64,000 nt of DNA, taken from NCBI GenBank assembly GCA_040902515.1, contig JBBDXB010000006.1, positions 268,280 through 332,279 on the forward strand, read 5' to 3'. The stretch comes from Patescibacteria group bacterium. GTDB lineage: Bacteria > Patescibacteriota > SICC01. This document shows, one piece after another, positions 57,181-64,000 of this stretch. The notes under the pieces were generated by a model. It saw only the letters and a program-made list of their open reading frames with translations, made no database searches and was not told the DNA's origin. Every line of letters starts with the position of its first letter. Position 1 is the first letter of the stretch. The position numbers were made by a program, and so were the translations under genes.

Positions 57181-57822
57181 TTACCCACGTGTCGCTTGGA
57201 TAGTCGTCACCACGATAACATAGGAAAGGAACACCACCGCGAGCCCGATGACCGAGTACAGGATGGTCTTTCGGGCCGCCTCGACCTGGTCCTGGTTGCC
57301 CTGCGAGGTGACGTAGCGGTAGCCGCCGAGGATCAGGAACAGTACCGCCGCGGCGCCGCCGAACGCGAGGAATATCTCGAACAGGCGGGCAAGGATGCCG
57401 CTCGCACTGCCGGGTGCTCCCTGGATCGCACCGCCGATGCCGGGGGCGCGGGACACCCTGGTCTGCAAGCTCGCGTCCAAGGTCCGTTGGAGCAACACTA
57501 CGATCGCATACGAACTGACCGTCAGGATGAACCCGGTGATCGACCAGGTCAGCCCCTGCTTGGCCTTTTCCACCTTCTCCGGGTTGCCTGCCGAGAGGAT
57601 GTACTGGTAGCCGTTCACGACGATGAACAGGACGGCGACAGCGGCCGCGAACAGCATCCCGAACCGGATGAACTGCACCAGGATCCGGACGAGGTCGTCG
57701 AGTCCGACGCTGCGCGGCGTCTGCGGGATGTTGAAGAATCCGCCCTGGGCGCTGGCCGTTTCCGGAAGAAGCACGGCAGCGGCGACGGCCGAAAGCAGCG
57801 TGACCGGCAGGTACCGCTTCAT
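57181..57822 (-). CDS. VirB2/TrbC-like pilin, paralog 2 (internally duplicated, two pilin modules)
   Basis: Signal peptide ETASA, then module A (NGYQYILSAGNPEKVEKAKQGLTW) and module B (GGYRYVTSQGNQDQVEAARKTILYSVIG), each between hydrophobic helices. Confidence 0.55.
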   Translation of the reverse strand: MKRYLPVTLLSAVAAAVLLPETASAQGGFFNIPQTPRSVGLDDLVRILVQFIRFGMLFAAAVAVLFIVVNGYQYILSAGNPEKVEKAKQGLTWSITGFILTVSSYAIVVLLQRTLDASLQTRVSRAPGIGGAIQGAPGSASGILARLFEIFLAFGGAAAVLFLILGGYRYVTSQGNQDQVEAARKTILYSVIGLAVVFLSYVIVVTTIQATRG

Positions 57823-58187
57823 ATCCGGAGTCCCGAGTTAAAGCCGAGCGCCCGTGAGATCATGAAGATCACGCCGACCGAGACGATCGCGACGATCAGC
57901 CCATAGACGGCGTACAGCAGACTCTTCTTCGCACGATCCACCAGCTCGGGGTTGCCCTGCGCGACCATGTACCGGTAGCCGGCGATGGCTACGTAGAGGG
58001 CGGCGACGGTGGGGATGAAGAAGATCAGCGCGTTGAAGATGGCGCTGATCGGCTCCCCGAGGTTGTCAAAGCCGGTCTGGCTCTGGATGCGTCGTGGCCG
58101 GTTGCCCGGGTCCGGCAGCTGCGCGGCCGCCTGAGCGGGAACCGTCAGGAGCAGCGCCAGTGCCGAATAGCCGAACCGCCGCATCAT
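57819..58187 (-). CDS. VirB2/TrbC-like pilin, paralog 3
   Basis: Signal peptide ...VPAQAAAQ. AGYRYMVAQGNPELVDRAKKSLLYAVYG between two hydrophobic helices. Start set at the internal Met (MMRRFGY). Confidence 0.55.
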   Translation of the reverse strand: MMRRFGYSALALLLTVPAQAAAQLPDPGNRPRRIQSQTGFDNLGEPISAIFNALIFFIPTVAALYVAIAGYRYMVAQGNPELVDRAKKSLLYAVYGLIVAIVSVGVIFMISRALGFNSGLRI

Positions 58188-58657
58188 CCGCCCGGCCTCG
58201 TGAAGTCGATGTCGCCGCAGCCGCGTTCTCCCGGCCGGCACGGGTCGGTGGTCCGTGGATTGATCGTACTGAGGATCAGCGCCGCCAGGATCAGCAGGGC
58301 TAGGCCGATCAGGGTCTTCTCCACGATGTCCTTGGCGTTCGAGATCTTTTCCGGATCGCCGTAGCTTCCCATGTAGGTGTAGCCCGCGTAGATCAACATG
58401 ATGATCGCGAGGAGCCCCCCGATGAATGCGAACCAGATGTAGGCCGCGTTGATGTACTGCACGACGGACGTCCGCTCGACCTCCTGGCCGCTGACCGGGT
58501 CGATGTTATCGCCGTCCCGGTCGCGGGCTTGTGCCAGCGCCGACCCGTCGGCGGTCGTCCCGGCGGACGGAGCCGCTGATGCGGACGGAGCGGTCGTCAC
58601 TGCAAGTCCGAGCGCGAGCCCGACGGCGAAAATGAGTTGGACGGTTCGTGTAATCAT
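58184..58657 (-). CDS. VirB2/TrbC-like pilin, paralog 4, with Cys-containing C-terminal extension
   Basis: Signal peptide ...PSASA. AGYTYMGSYGDPEKISNAKDIVEKTLIG between hydrophobic helices. C-terminal DPCRPGERGCGDIDF. Confidence 0.5.
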   Translation of the reverse strand: MITRTVQLIFAVGLALGLAVTTAPSASAAPSAGTTADGSALAQARDRDGDNIDPVSGQEVERTSVVQYINAAYIWFAFIGGLLAIIMLIYAGYTYMGSYGDPEKISNAKDIVEKTLIGLALLILAALILSTINPRTTDPCRPGERGCGDIDFTRPGG

Positions 58658-58711
58658 GGGCGATAGGGTAAGGGAGCTATCATAGAGCGGAAAAACGGCT
58701 TCGTAAAGGCG

Positions 58712-60046
58712 CTACTGCGTCGAAGCGTTCAGTTGCCGGAGTATGTCCGTCAGTTCGTTGGCCCCCCGGTCGATCACGTTCTGCGGATTCTCCCCGGCCA
58801 GGACCTGGTCGATCATCCGGGCGAAGATCGCATCGGCCTTGGCCGCGTCGCCCTTGTACCAACTGCGGGCGGTCTCAAGCTGCTCCTGTAATACGTCCAG
58901 CCCGCCGCTGGCCGGGACTTCCTTGCGGGCGGGAACGCTCTCGACCGCCTGGGTGTATTCGCGCATCTGGTCGCGGTTGGTGATGAACCGGAGGAAGTTC
59001 CAAGCCTCCTTTGGATGCTCGCTGCCCTGGGCCACGGTCTCGACCCAGAAGCTGGCATAGTTCACCGGCGAGGTCCCGGCGATCTGCGGCATCGGGGCGA
59101 TCTCGTACTGGAGCTCGGGATTGAGCCGCTCAAGCTCCGGCGCGTGGTATGCATAGCCGAGCATGTACGCGACCTTGCCTTCGGCGAACGCCCGGACCGA
59201 ATCGCCCGACTTGCTGTTCCAGGAATAGTTGCTGCTCCGCGGGTCGGCGAAGCTGGTGTAGAACTCCAGCGCGAGACGGCCGAGCGGCTGCTGCCGACCC
59301 TCCACGTCCTGCGTGAGGTTGAACGTGGCCTGGGTATTGTCATCGTTCGTCATCTGCGTGCGCTGCTGGAGCATCATCAGCGCGAGAATGTCGACGCTTC
59401 GGTTGACGGTGTTGTTGCCGAGCGCGATCGCCGAGCGGACGAACCGGTCACCCTGCCGCTGGTTGAGCTCCCGGAGCAGCCCGGGTCGGTCAGGATTGCC
59501 GGGTTCGCCGACCAAATCCTCCCAGGTCTTGGGTGCCTCGTGGGTTCCCGTCCCCCCCTCGAATTCCGCGTTGAGATAGAGCCCCAGCGAATCGATCGCC
59601 AGCGGGATGCCATAGATGCGGTCGTTCCGGACCGTTTCGAGCGCGGGCGGATAGAATTCATTCCGGTAATCCCGGAGGGCGTACTTCTCTGCCGAGATCG
59701 GTTCGATCTTGTCGAAGTAACGCGGAAGCCAGGTGTTGTGCACGGTGAAGATGTCCGGCCCGCGCCCCCCCGCGAGGGCATCCACCAACGTCCGTTCATA
59801 CTCCTCGTACGTGAGCTTCCGGTACTCGATCTTCACGTCCGGATGGTCCGCCTGATACCGGTCTATCAGCGGTTGGAACTTGTCCTTGTCGTCGAACACC
59901 CGCCAGTACCGGATCGTGACCGGACCGGCATCGCCTTCATCTTCCGCGGATTGCTGCCGTCCCCCCAGGACCACCATGGCGATGATCAGTAACACAAGCA
60001 CCCCGAGGAGCACGCCAACGATGATAGTGATGCGTCGTTTGTCCAT
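58712..60046 (-). CDS. Extracellular solute-binding protein (ABC transporter SBP family 1, sugar-type), orphan
   Basis: N-terminal TM anchor, then a family-1 SBP pattern (IRYWRVFDDKDKFQPLIDRYQADHPDVKIEY...). No permease or ATPase genes adjacent. A weak hairpin plus T5 follows the stop, and a TATGAT box precedes pilin gene 4. Confidence 0.7.
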   Translation of the reverse strand: MDKRRITIIVGVLLGVLVLLIIAMVVLGGRQQSAEDEGDAGPVTIRYWRVFDDKDKFQPLIDRYQADHPDVKIEYRKLTYEEYERTLVDALAGGRGPDIFTVHNTWLPRYFDKIEPISAEKYALRDYRNEFYPPALETVRNDRIYGIPLAIDSLGLYLNAEFEGGTGTHEAPKTWEDLVGEPGNPDRPGLLRELNQRQGDRFVRSAIALGNNTVNRSVDILALMMLQQRTQMTNDDNTQATFNLTQDVEGRQQPLGRLALEFYTSFADPRSSNYSWNSKSGDSVRAFAEGKVAYMLGYAYHAPELERLNPELQYEIAPMPQIAGTSPVNYASFWVETVAQGSEHPKEAWNFLRFITNRDQMREYTQAVESVPARKEVPASGGLDVLQEQLETARSWYKGDAAKADAIFARMIDQVLAGENPQNVIDRGANELTDILRQLNASTQ

Positions 60047-60111
60047 GTTTGTTTCTAGCCAAATTCTACCCTAACCACCTCGATTGTGAAGCACCGTGTA
60101 TACTCGACCTC

Positions 60112-61005
60112 ATGAGTGAACGGATTCGCAAAGCGGTAATCCCGGCGGCCGGGTTCGGTACCCGGTTCCTGCCGGCCACCAAAGCCACACCGAAGGAGAT
60201 GTTCCCGCTGGTGGACAAGCCGCTGGCCCAGTACGTGGTGGAGGAAGCGGCGGCAGCCGGCATCGAGGAGATCATCTTCATCACCGGCCAGGCCAAGCGG
60301 GCGATCGAGGATCACTTCGACCGTAACTTCGAACTCGAGTACCTGCTGCACTCGTCGGGGAAAGACGAATCCCTGGCCGCGGTACGGGATATCTCGGATC
60401 TCGTCTCGTTCGCCTACGTCCGCCAGAAGGAGATGAAAGGGCTCGGCCATGCCGTACTGCAGGCTAAGAAACTGCTTAACCAGGAGCCTTTTGCAGTCAT
60501 CCTGCCGGATAACGTGTTCTCCGGGGCGGGGCCGGCAATCGGCGACGTGATCAAGACATACGACAAGGTCGGCACCACGGTGGTCGGGGTTAAGGAAGTG
60601 CCGGAGGAGCAGACCCGTCTGTACGGGATCGTGAGCGGCGAACCGGCCGGCACGGCGGCCGGCGAAGACGTACTCAAGGTGACGGGCATCGTTGAAAAAC
60701 CGGATCCGGCCGATGCGCCCACGCGCCAGGCCGCGATCGGCCGCTACGTACTCAGTCCGGCGATCTTTGAAGCGCTCGAGAGCCTGAAGCCGGATGACGG
60801 CGGCGAGATCCAGTTGGCGGAAGCCATCCATAACCTGGCCGGGACGGAAGGCGTCCATACGGCGACCGTGTCGGGCGAGTACCACGATGCCGGGGACAAG
60901 CTCGGCTACCTGCAGGCGGTCGTCGAGTACGCGCTAGCACGTGATGACCTCGGGCCGGCCTTCCGGAAGTACCTTGAGGAACGCTTGGGCTCAGGAAACG
61001 ACTGA
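60112..61005 (+). CDS. galU: UTP--glucose-1-phosphate uridylyltransferase
   Basis: AVIPAAGFGTRFLPATKATPKEMFPLVDKPLAQYVVEEA. Start set at MSERIRK. The track TTG start at 60049 would leave no divergent promoter space. Confidence 0.85.
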   Translation: MSERIRKAVIPAAGFGTRFLPATKATPKEMFPLVDKPLAQYVVEEAAAAGIEEIIFITGQAKRAIEDHFDRNFELEYLLHSSGKDESLAAVRDISDLVSFAYVRQKEMKGLGHAVLQAKKLLNQEPFAVILPDNVFSGAGPAIGDVIKTYDKVGTTVVGVKEVPEEQTRLYGIVSGEPAGTAAGEDVLKVTGIVEKPDPADAPTRQAAIGRYVLSPAIFEALESLKPDDGGEIQLAEAIHNLAGTEGVHTATVSGEYHDAGDKLGYLQAVVEYALARDDLGPAFRKYLEERLGSGND

Positions 61006-61806
61006 CGTAACGTCCCAGTGGCCCACCGTCCTGAATGCCACCGGCTTGCCCAGAAGCCGGCTCGCGATCTCGCTGGGTACGGAAGCATCTCCGCTGGTGA
61101 GGTACGACGTATTCCCTTTGCCGGCGGACCTCAGCGCGTCATTGTGAGCAAGGATGTGTTTCACCTGGTGCGCGACGGCGGTTCCGGGCTCAAGCAATTC
61201 GGCTTTTCCGTTGATCGCCGTGCGTAGCAGCTCGGTCAGGAACGGATAGTGCGTGCATCCGAGCACAAGCTGGTCCGCGCCGGCATCCAACGCGCGGCGC
61301 ACCGGCCGCTCGACGGTTTCCGGGGCACGTTCGCCGGATTCGACCATCGTGACCCAGGAGGGGCAAGGAATGTCGATGACCTTCATGTTTTTGGCATGGG
61401 TGCCGCCCTTCAACTCGGCATATGCGGGGCTCCCGAGGGTCGCCTTGGTGGCAAAAACAGCTATGGTACCGGTCTTCGTCCGTTCGGCAGCATCCTTGAC
61501 CATCGGCACGACGGCAACGAACGGCGTATCCGCGAACCTGGCACGAAAGAGGTCGATCGTGGTGAGGGAAGCGCTATTACAAGCTACGACGACGATCTTC
61601 GCGCCTTCGGCGATGAGCGTCGGAATCGCGATTTTCGTGAGTTTGAGGATTTCTTCAGGCGTCTTTTCTCCGTAAGGAACGTTCGCTTGGTCGGCCAAGT
61701 ACAGGATATCTTCAGCCGGCAGGAGATGCCTGACCTGGCGGGCGATAGTGAGTCCGCCAAGCCCCGAGTCGAATATGCCGATCGGTGCCTGGGCGTTGGA
61801 TTTCAT
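60991..61806 (-). CDS. murI: Glutamate racemase
   Basis: IGIFDSGLGGLTIA and VLGCTHYPFL motifs. Confidence 0.88.
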   Translation of the reverse strand: MKSNAQAPIGIFDSGLGGLTIARQVRHLLPAEDILYLADQANVPYGEKTPEEILKLTKIAIPTLIAEGAKIVVVACNSASLTTIDLFRARFADTPFVAVVPMVKDAAERTKTGTIAVFATKATLGSPAYAELKGGTHAKNMKVIDIPCPSWVTMVESGERAPETVERPVRRALDAGADQLVLGCTHYPFLTELLRTAINGKAELLEPGTAVAHQVKHILAHNDALRSAGKGNTSYLTSGDASVPSEIASRLLGKPVAFRTVGHWDVTSVVS

Positions 61807-61861
61807 GCTTCCATCTTACTTGATGGTAATTCCAGGCTGTTCCACGTGAAACAAGGGGCGT

Positions 61862-63148
61862 TTAACCGGACTTCTTTGATTCAGCCTGGTTTCGCTGTTG
61901 GCTGAACCGTTCAAGCGTCTTCTTGATCCGTTCCTCGAATCCGCGCGTGCCGGGCTCATAAAACCGTTTTCCTACCAGCTTTTCGGGTAAATGGGAGTGG
62001 GACACGGCCGCATCGTCCTTGGCGTGGGCGTACTCGTATCCTTTTCCGTAGTCTTCCTGCTTCATCAGCTTGGTTACGGGATTTCGGAGGTGTAACGGTA
62101 CGGGCAAGGCCCCGGAATCCCGCACTTCCGCCCGGGCGCTCTCGATGGCGCGGTAGGTGGCGTTGCTCTTCGGGGCCGAAGCGAGGTACGTTGCCGCCTG
62201 GCTAAGGTTGATCCGTGCCTCCGGCATGCCGATCATGCGCGTAGCCTCGAACGCGGCGATGGCCAGCGGCAGCGCCTCCGGATCCGCGTTGCCGACGTCT
62301 TCCGAGGCGAAAATCACCATACGGCGGGCGATGAAGACCGGATCTTCGCCCGCTTCCAGCATGCGCGCCAGGTAATAGACGGCGGCGTCGGGATCCGAAC
62401 CCCGCATGCTTTTGATGAACGCCGAGATGACGTTGTAATGCTCCTCGCCCTTTTTGTCGTAACCCAGCGCTTTCTTAGTGAGTACCTGCTCCAGGAGCGG
62501 CCGGTCGACGGCCTTTCCGGGTAAGGACCAGGCGGCCTCGACGGTATTCAGCAGCATCCGGGCGTCGCCGTCGGCGATGTCGAGCAGGAACCGCTTGGCA
62601 TCCGGGGCCAGCTTCTTCTTGCCAGCGGCCTTTTCTAACTCAGAAATCGCTCGGTTGAGAATCTTTTCCAGCTCCTGGGGAGAAAGCGCCTCCAAGCGGT
62701 ACACGTGGGCACGGGACAGGAGCGGCCCCACCACCTCGAAGCTCGGATTCTCGGTCGTTGCGCCGATCAGCGTAACCGTGCCCGATTCCACGTGTGGCAG
62801 CAGCGCATCCTGCTGCGCCTTGTTCCAGCGGTGGATTTCATCGATGAACAGGACCGTCTTGCGCCTGAGCCGGACGTTCTGCTCCGCGACGGCGATCGCG
62901 TTCCGGAGATCGGCGATGCCGCTGGTCACGGCTGAGAACGGCATGAATTCCGCGTCCGCCATGCCGGCGATCAGCTTGGCCAGCGTGGTCTTCCCCACGC
63001 CTGGCGGCCCCCAGAGGATGATCGAGGGGAGATGGTCGGCCGCCAGGAACTTGGTCAGCGCCCCGCCGGCCCCGACCAGATGCGGTTGCCCCACGAACGA
63101 CGCGAAGTCCGTGGGCCTGAGCCGGTCAGCGAGGGGTTGGGTACGCAT
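61862..63148 (-). CDS. rarA: Replication-associated recombination protein A (AAA+ ATPase RarA/MgsA)
   Basis: Walker A GPPGVGKTTLA, Walker B VLFIDEIHR, and a MgsA C-terminal domain. Confidence 0.88.
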   Translation of the reverse strand: MRTQPLADRLRPTDFASFVGQPHLVGAGGALTKFLAADHLPSIILWGPPGVGKTTLAKLIAGMADAEFMPFSAVTSGIADLRNAIAVAEQNVRLRRKTVLFIDEIHRWNKAQQDALLPHVESGTVTLIGATTENPSFEVVGPLLSRAHVYRLEALSPQELEKILNRAISELEKAAGKKKLAPDAKRFLLDIADGDARMLLNTVEAAWSLPGKAVDRPLLEQVLTKKALGYDKKGEEHYNVISAFIKSMRGSDPDAAVYYLARMLEAGEDPVFIARRMVIFASEDVGNADPEALPLAIAAFEATRMIGMPEARINLSQAATYLASAPKSNATYRAIESARAEVRDSGALPVPLHLRNPVTKLMKQEDYGKGYEYAHAKDDAAVSHSHLPEKLVGKRFYEPGTRGFEERIKKTLERFSQQRNQAESKKSG

Positions 63149-63195
63149 GATACGTGCAGTGTACGCTTCCTGCGCCCCCTCCGCCGGCCGTGGTA

Positions 63196-63642
63196 CTACT
63201 CGACCGTTTTTACCTTAATCGTGCGCTTTTTGGCTTTACGGGACTTGGGGACTTCCACGGTAAGGACGCCATGCTTGAACGTGGCCTGCGCCTTGTCCAC
63301 CTCGCACGGTACCGGCAGCCCCACGGTCCGCGAGAACCGGCCCCAGTAAATCTCCTGGACGTGGGTGTTCTCGCTCCGTTCCTCGTGTTCGGTCTTCCGC
63401 TCGCCGGAAATCGTGATCGAGTCGTCGTCGGCCGCGATCGTGACGTCTTCCGGGTCGACGCCTGCGATCGGTGACACGATGATGATCGCGTCCCCTGTCT
63501 CGTGCACATCGACGGCGATTTCGCCGCCCGCGGAGGTGTCCTCGTCTTCGTCCGGCGTGTTTTCCGAAGCCGCCGGCGCGTCGGTACGGTCGGTCAGCGT
63601 GCCGAAGAAAGGTGAAGCGGTCTGGTCGTCCGGTGCGGTCAT
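63196..63642 (-). CDS. Hsp20/alpha-crystallin family small heat-shock protein
   Basis: Alpha-crystallin domain with C-terminal ...FKHGVLTVEVPK. Confidence 0.8.
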   Translation of the reverse strand: MTAPDDQTASPFFGTLTDRTDAPAASENTPDEDEDTSAGGEIAVDVHETGDAIIIVSPIAGVDPEDVTIAADDDSITISGERKTEHEERSENTHVQEIYWGRFSRTVGLPVPCEVDKAQATFKHGVLTVEVPKSRKAKKRTIKVKTVE

Positions 63643-63708
63643 GTCTACCCATTCACGCTACTTGGCAGGCAGGAGGCGGTCAAGCGAGCGTGAAAGGGGT
63701 TTGTTCGA

Positions 63709-63740
63709 TTGACGCCCCCGCCCGCTACCGTTACGATAAT
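63709..63740 (+). promoter_or_regulatory. Putative groES promoter (TTGACG -35, with TACGAT/GATAAT -10 region)
   Basis: TTGACG at 63709-63714; -10 candidates at 63732-63740. A CIRCE element lies immediately downstream. Confidence 0.4.
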
Positions 63741-63749
63741 TACCGCAGT

Positions 63750-63776
63750 TTGGCACTCAATATATTAGAGTGCTAA
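63750..63776. promoter_or_regulatory. CIRCE element (HrcA operator) TTGGCACTC-N9-GAGTGCTAA
   Basis: Matches CIRCE consensus TTAGCACTC-N9-GAGTGCTAA at 17 of 18 positions. Lies between divergent hsp20 and groES, 48 nt upstream of the groES ATG. Confidence 0.8.
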
Positions 63777-63823
63777 CGAATTACGAATCAGTAATAATTG
63801 TTAATAACCCCAGGAGGTTCCCC

Positions 63824-64000
63824 ATGGACATCTCACCACTAGGTGACCGCGTAGTCATCGAGGCGATCGAGGAAGACACGACCAGCGCCGCCGGCATCGT
63901 GATCCCTGAGACCGCCGACAAGGATAAGCCGCAAAAGGGCAAAGTGCTCGCCGTAGGGCCGGGCAAGGTCGGCGACGACAACGAGCGCATCGCACCCGAA
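63824..64000 (+). CDS. groES: Co-chaperonin GroES (10 kDa chaperonin), 3' end runs off the window
   Basis: [48 protein letters not shown]... SD AGGAGG sits 7 nt upstream of the ATG. Confidence 0.9.
   Translation, partial: MDISPLGDRVVIEAIEEDTTSAAGIVIPETADKDKPQKGKVLAVGPGKVGDDNERIAPE

Noticed and set aside
44611-60046. Interpretation of the T4SS-like locus as an integrative conjugative element or plasmid segment.
   Set aside because: No relaxase, VirD4 coupling ATPase, integrase, or flanking att repeats are within the window. The locus is embedded next to dnaA/dnaN/recF with host-like composition. The ICE interpretation cannot be fully excluded without the rest of the genome.
60049-60111. TTG start of galU at 60049 as annotated in the ORF track.
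   Set aside because: It would put the galU start 2 nt from the divergent SBP start, leaving no promoter. The ATG at 60112 (MSERIRK…) matches GalU N-termini, and a TATACT box lies just upstream.
1-64000. CRISPR arrays, rRNA genes, IS elements or transposases, prophage.
   Set aside because: No regularly spaced short direct repeats, no rRNA-like conserved stretches, and no transposase or integrase-like ORFs were found on either strand.

Overview
This is a high-GC (about 60-65%) bacterial chromosomal window. Genes are densely packed with frequent ATGA/4-nt overlaps, and Shine-Dalgarno sites are present. Working from the sequence and the supplied six-frame ORF track, the window reads left to right as follows. 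(1) The dnaG-rpoD operon end, where rpoD carries an unusual N-terminal Lys/Ala/Pro-rich tail. (2) Redox and thiol-disulfide genes: an FNR-like reductase, DUF1801, and ccdA with a membrane thioredoxin. (3) A tRNA-rich accessory island at about 6.0-14.2 kb. It holds five tRNAs (Ser-TGA, Arg-GCG, Arg-CCG, Ser-CGA, Ser-GCT) interleaved with a MazG-like NTP pyrophosphatase, a consensus promoter driving an acidic hypothetical protein, a Ca/Na antiporter, micro-ORFs with an attenuator-like leader, a 20-nt direct repeat, a low-GC hypothetical gene, a secreted W/G-rich protein, and a sigma-70-family factor with a long N-terminal extension. (4) Housekeeping genes: phosphomannomutase, GH15, trpS, comFC-like, VanW. 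(5) A roughly 15-kb cell-surface glycan locus. It contains five GT4 glycosyltransferases, three Wzy_C (O-antigen-ligase-like) membrane proteins, gmd plus an rmd-like gene, an FkbM methyltransferase, a Wzx flippase, and a frameshifted LtaS/sulfatase-like gene. (6) The replication origin region (jag-yidC-yidD-rnpA-rpmH / dnaA-dnaN-recF-DUF721) with DnaA-box clusters. (7) Immediately next to it, a roughly 15-kb minus-strand operon encoding a Gram-positive-type T4SS-like apparatus: an orphan SBP, four tandem VirB2/TrbC-like pilin genes (five pilin modules), two paralogous giant VirB6-like proteins, PrgI/VirB3-like, VirB4, a VirB1-like lytic transglycosylase, two M15 peptidases (one fused to SGNH), and two NTF2-like membrane proteins. 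No relaxase, VirD4 or integrase is visible in the window. This operon is the most likely candidate for a poorly described system. (8) galU, murI, rarA, then hsp20 and groES sharing a CIRCE operator. No CRISPR array, rRNA, transposase or integrase was seen.
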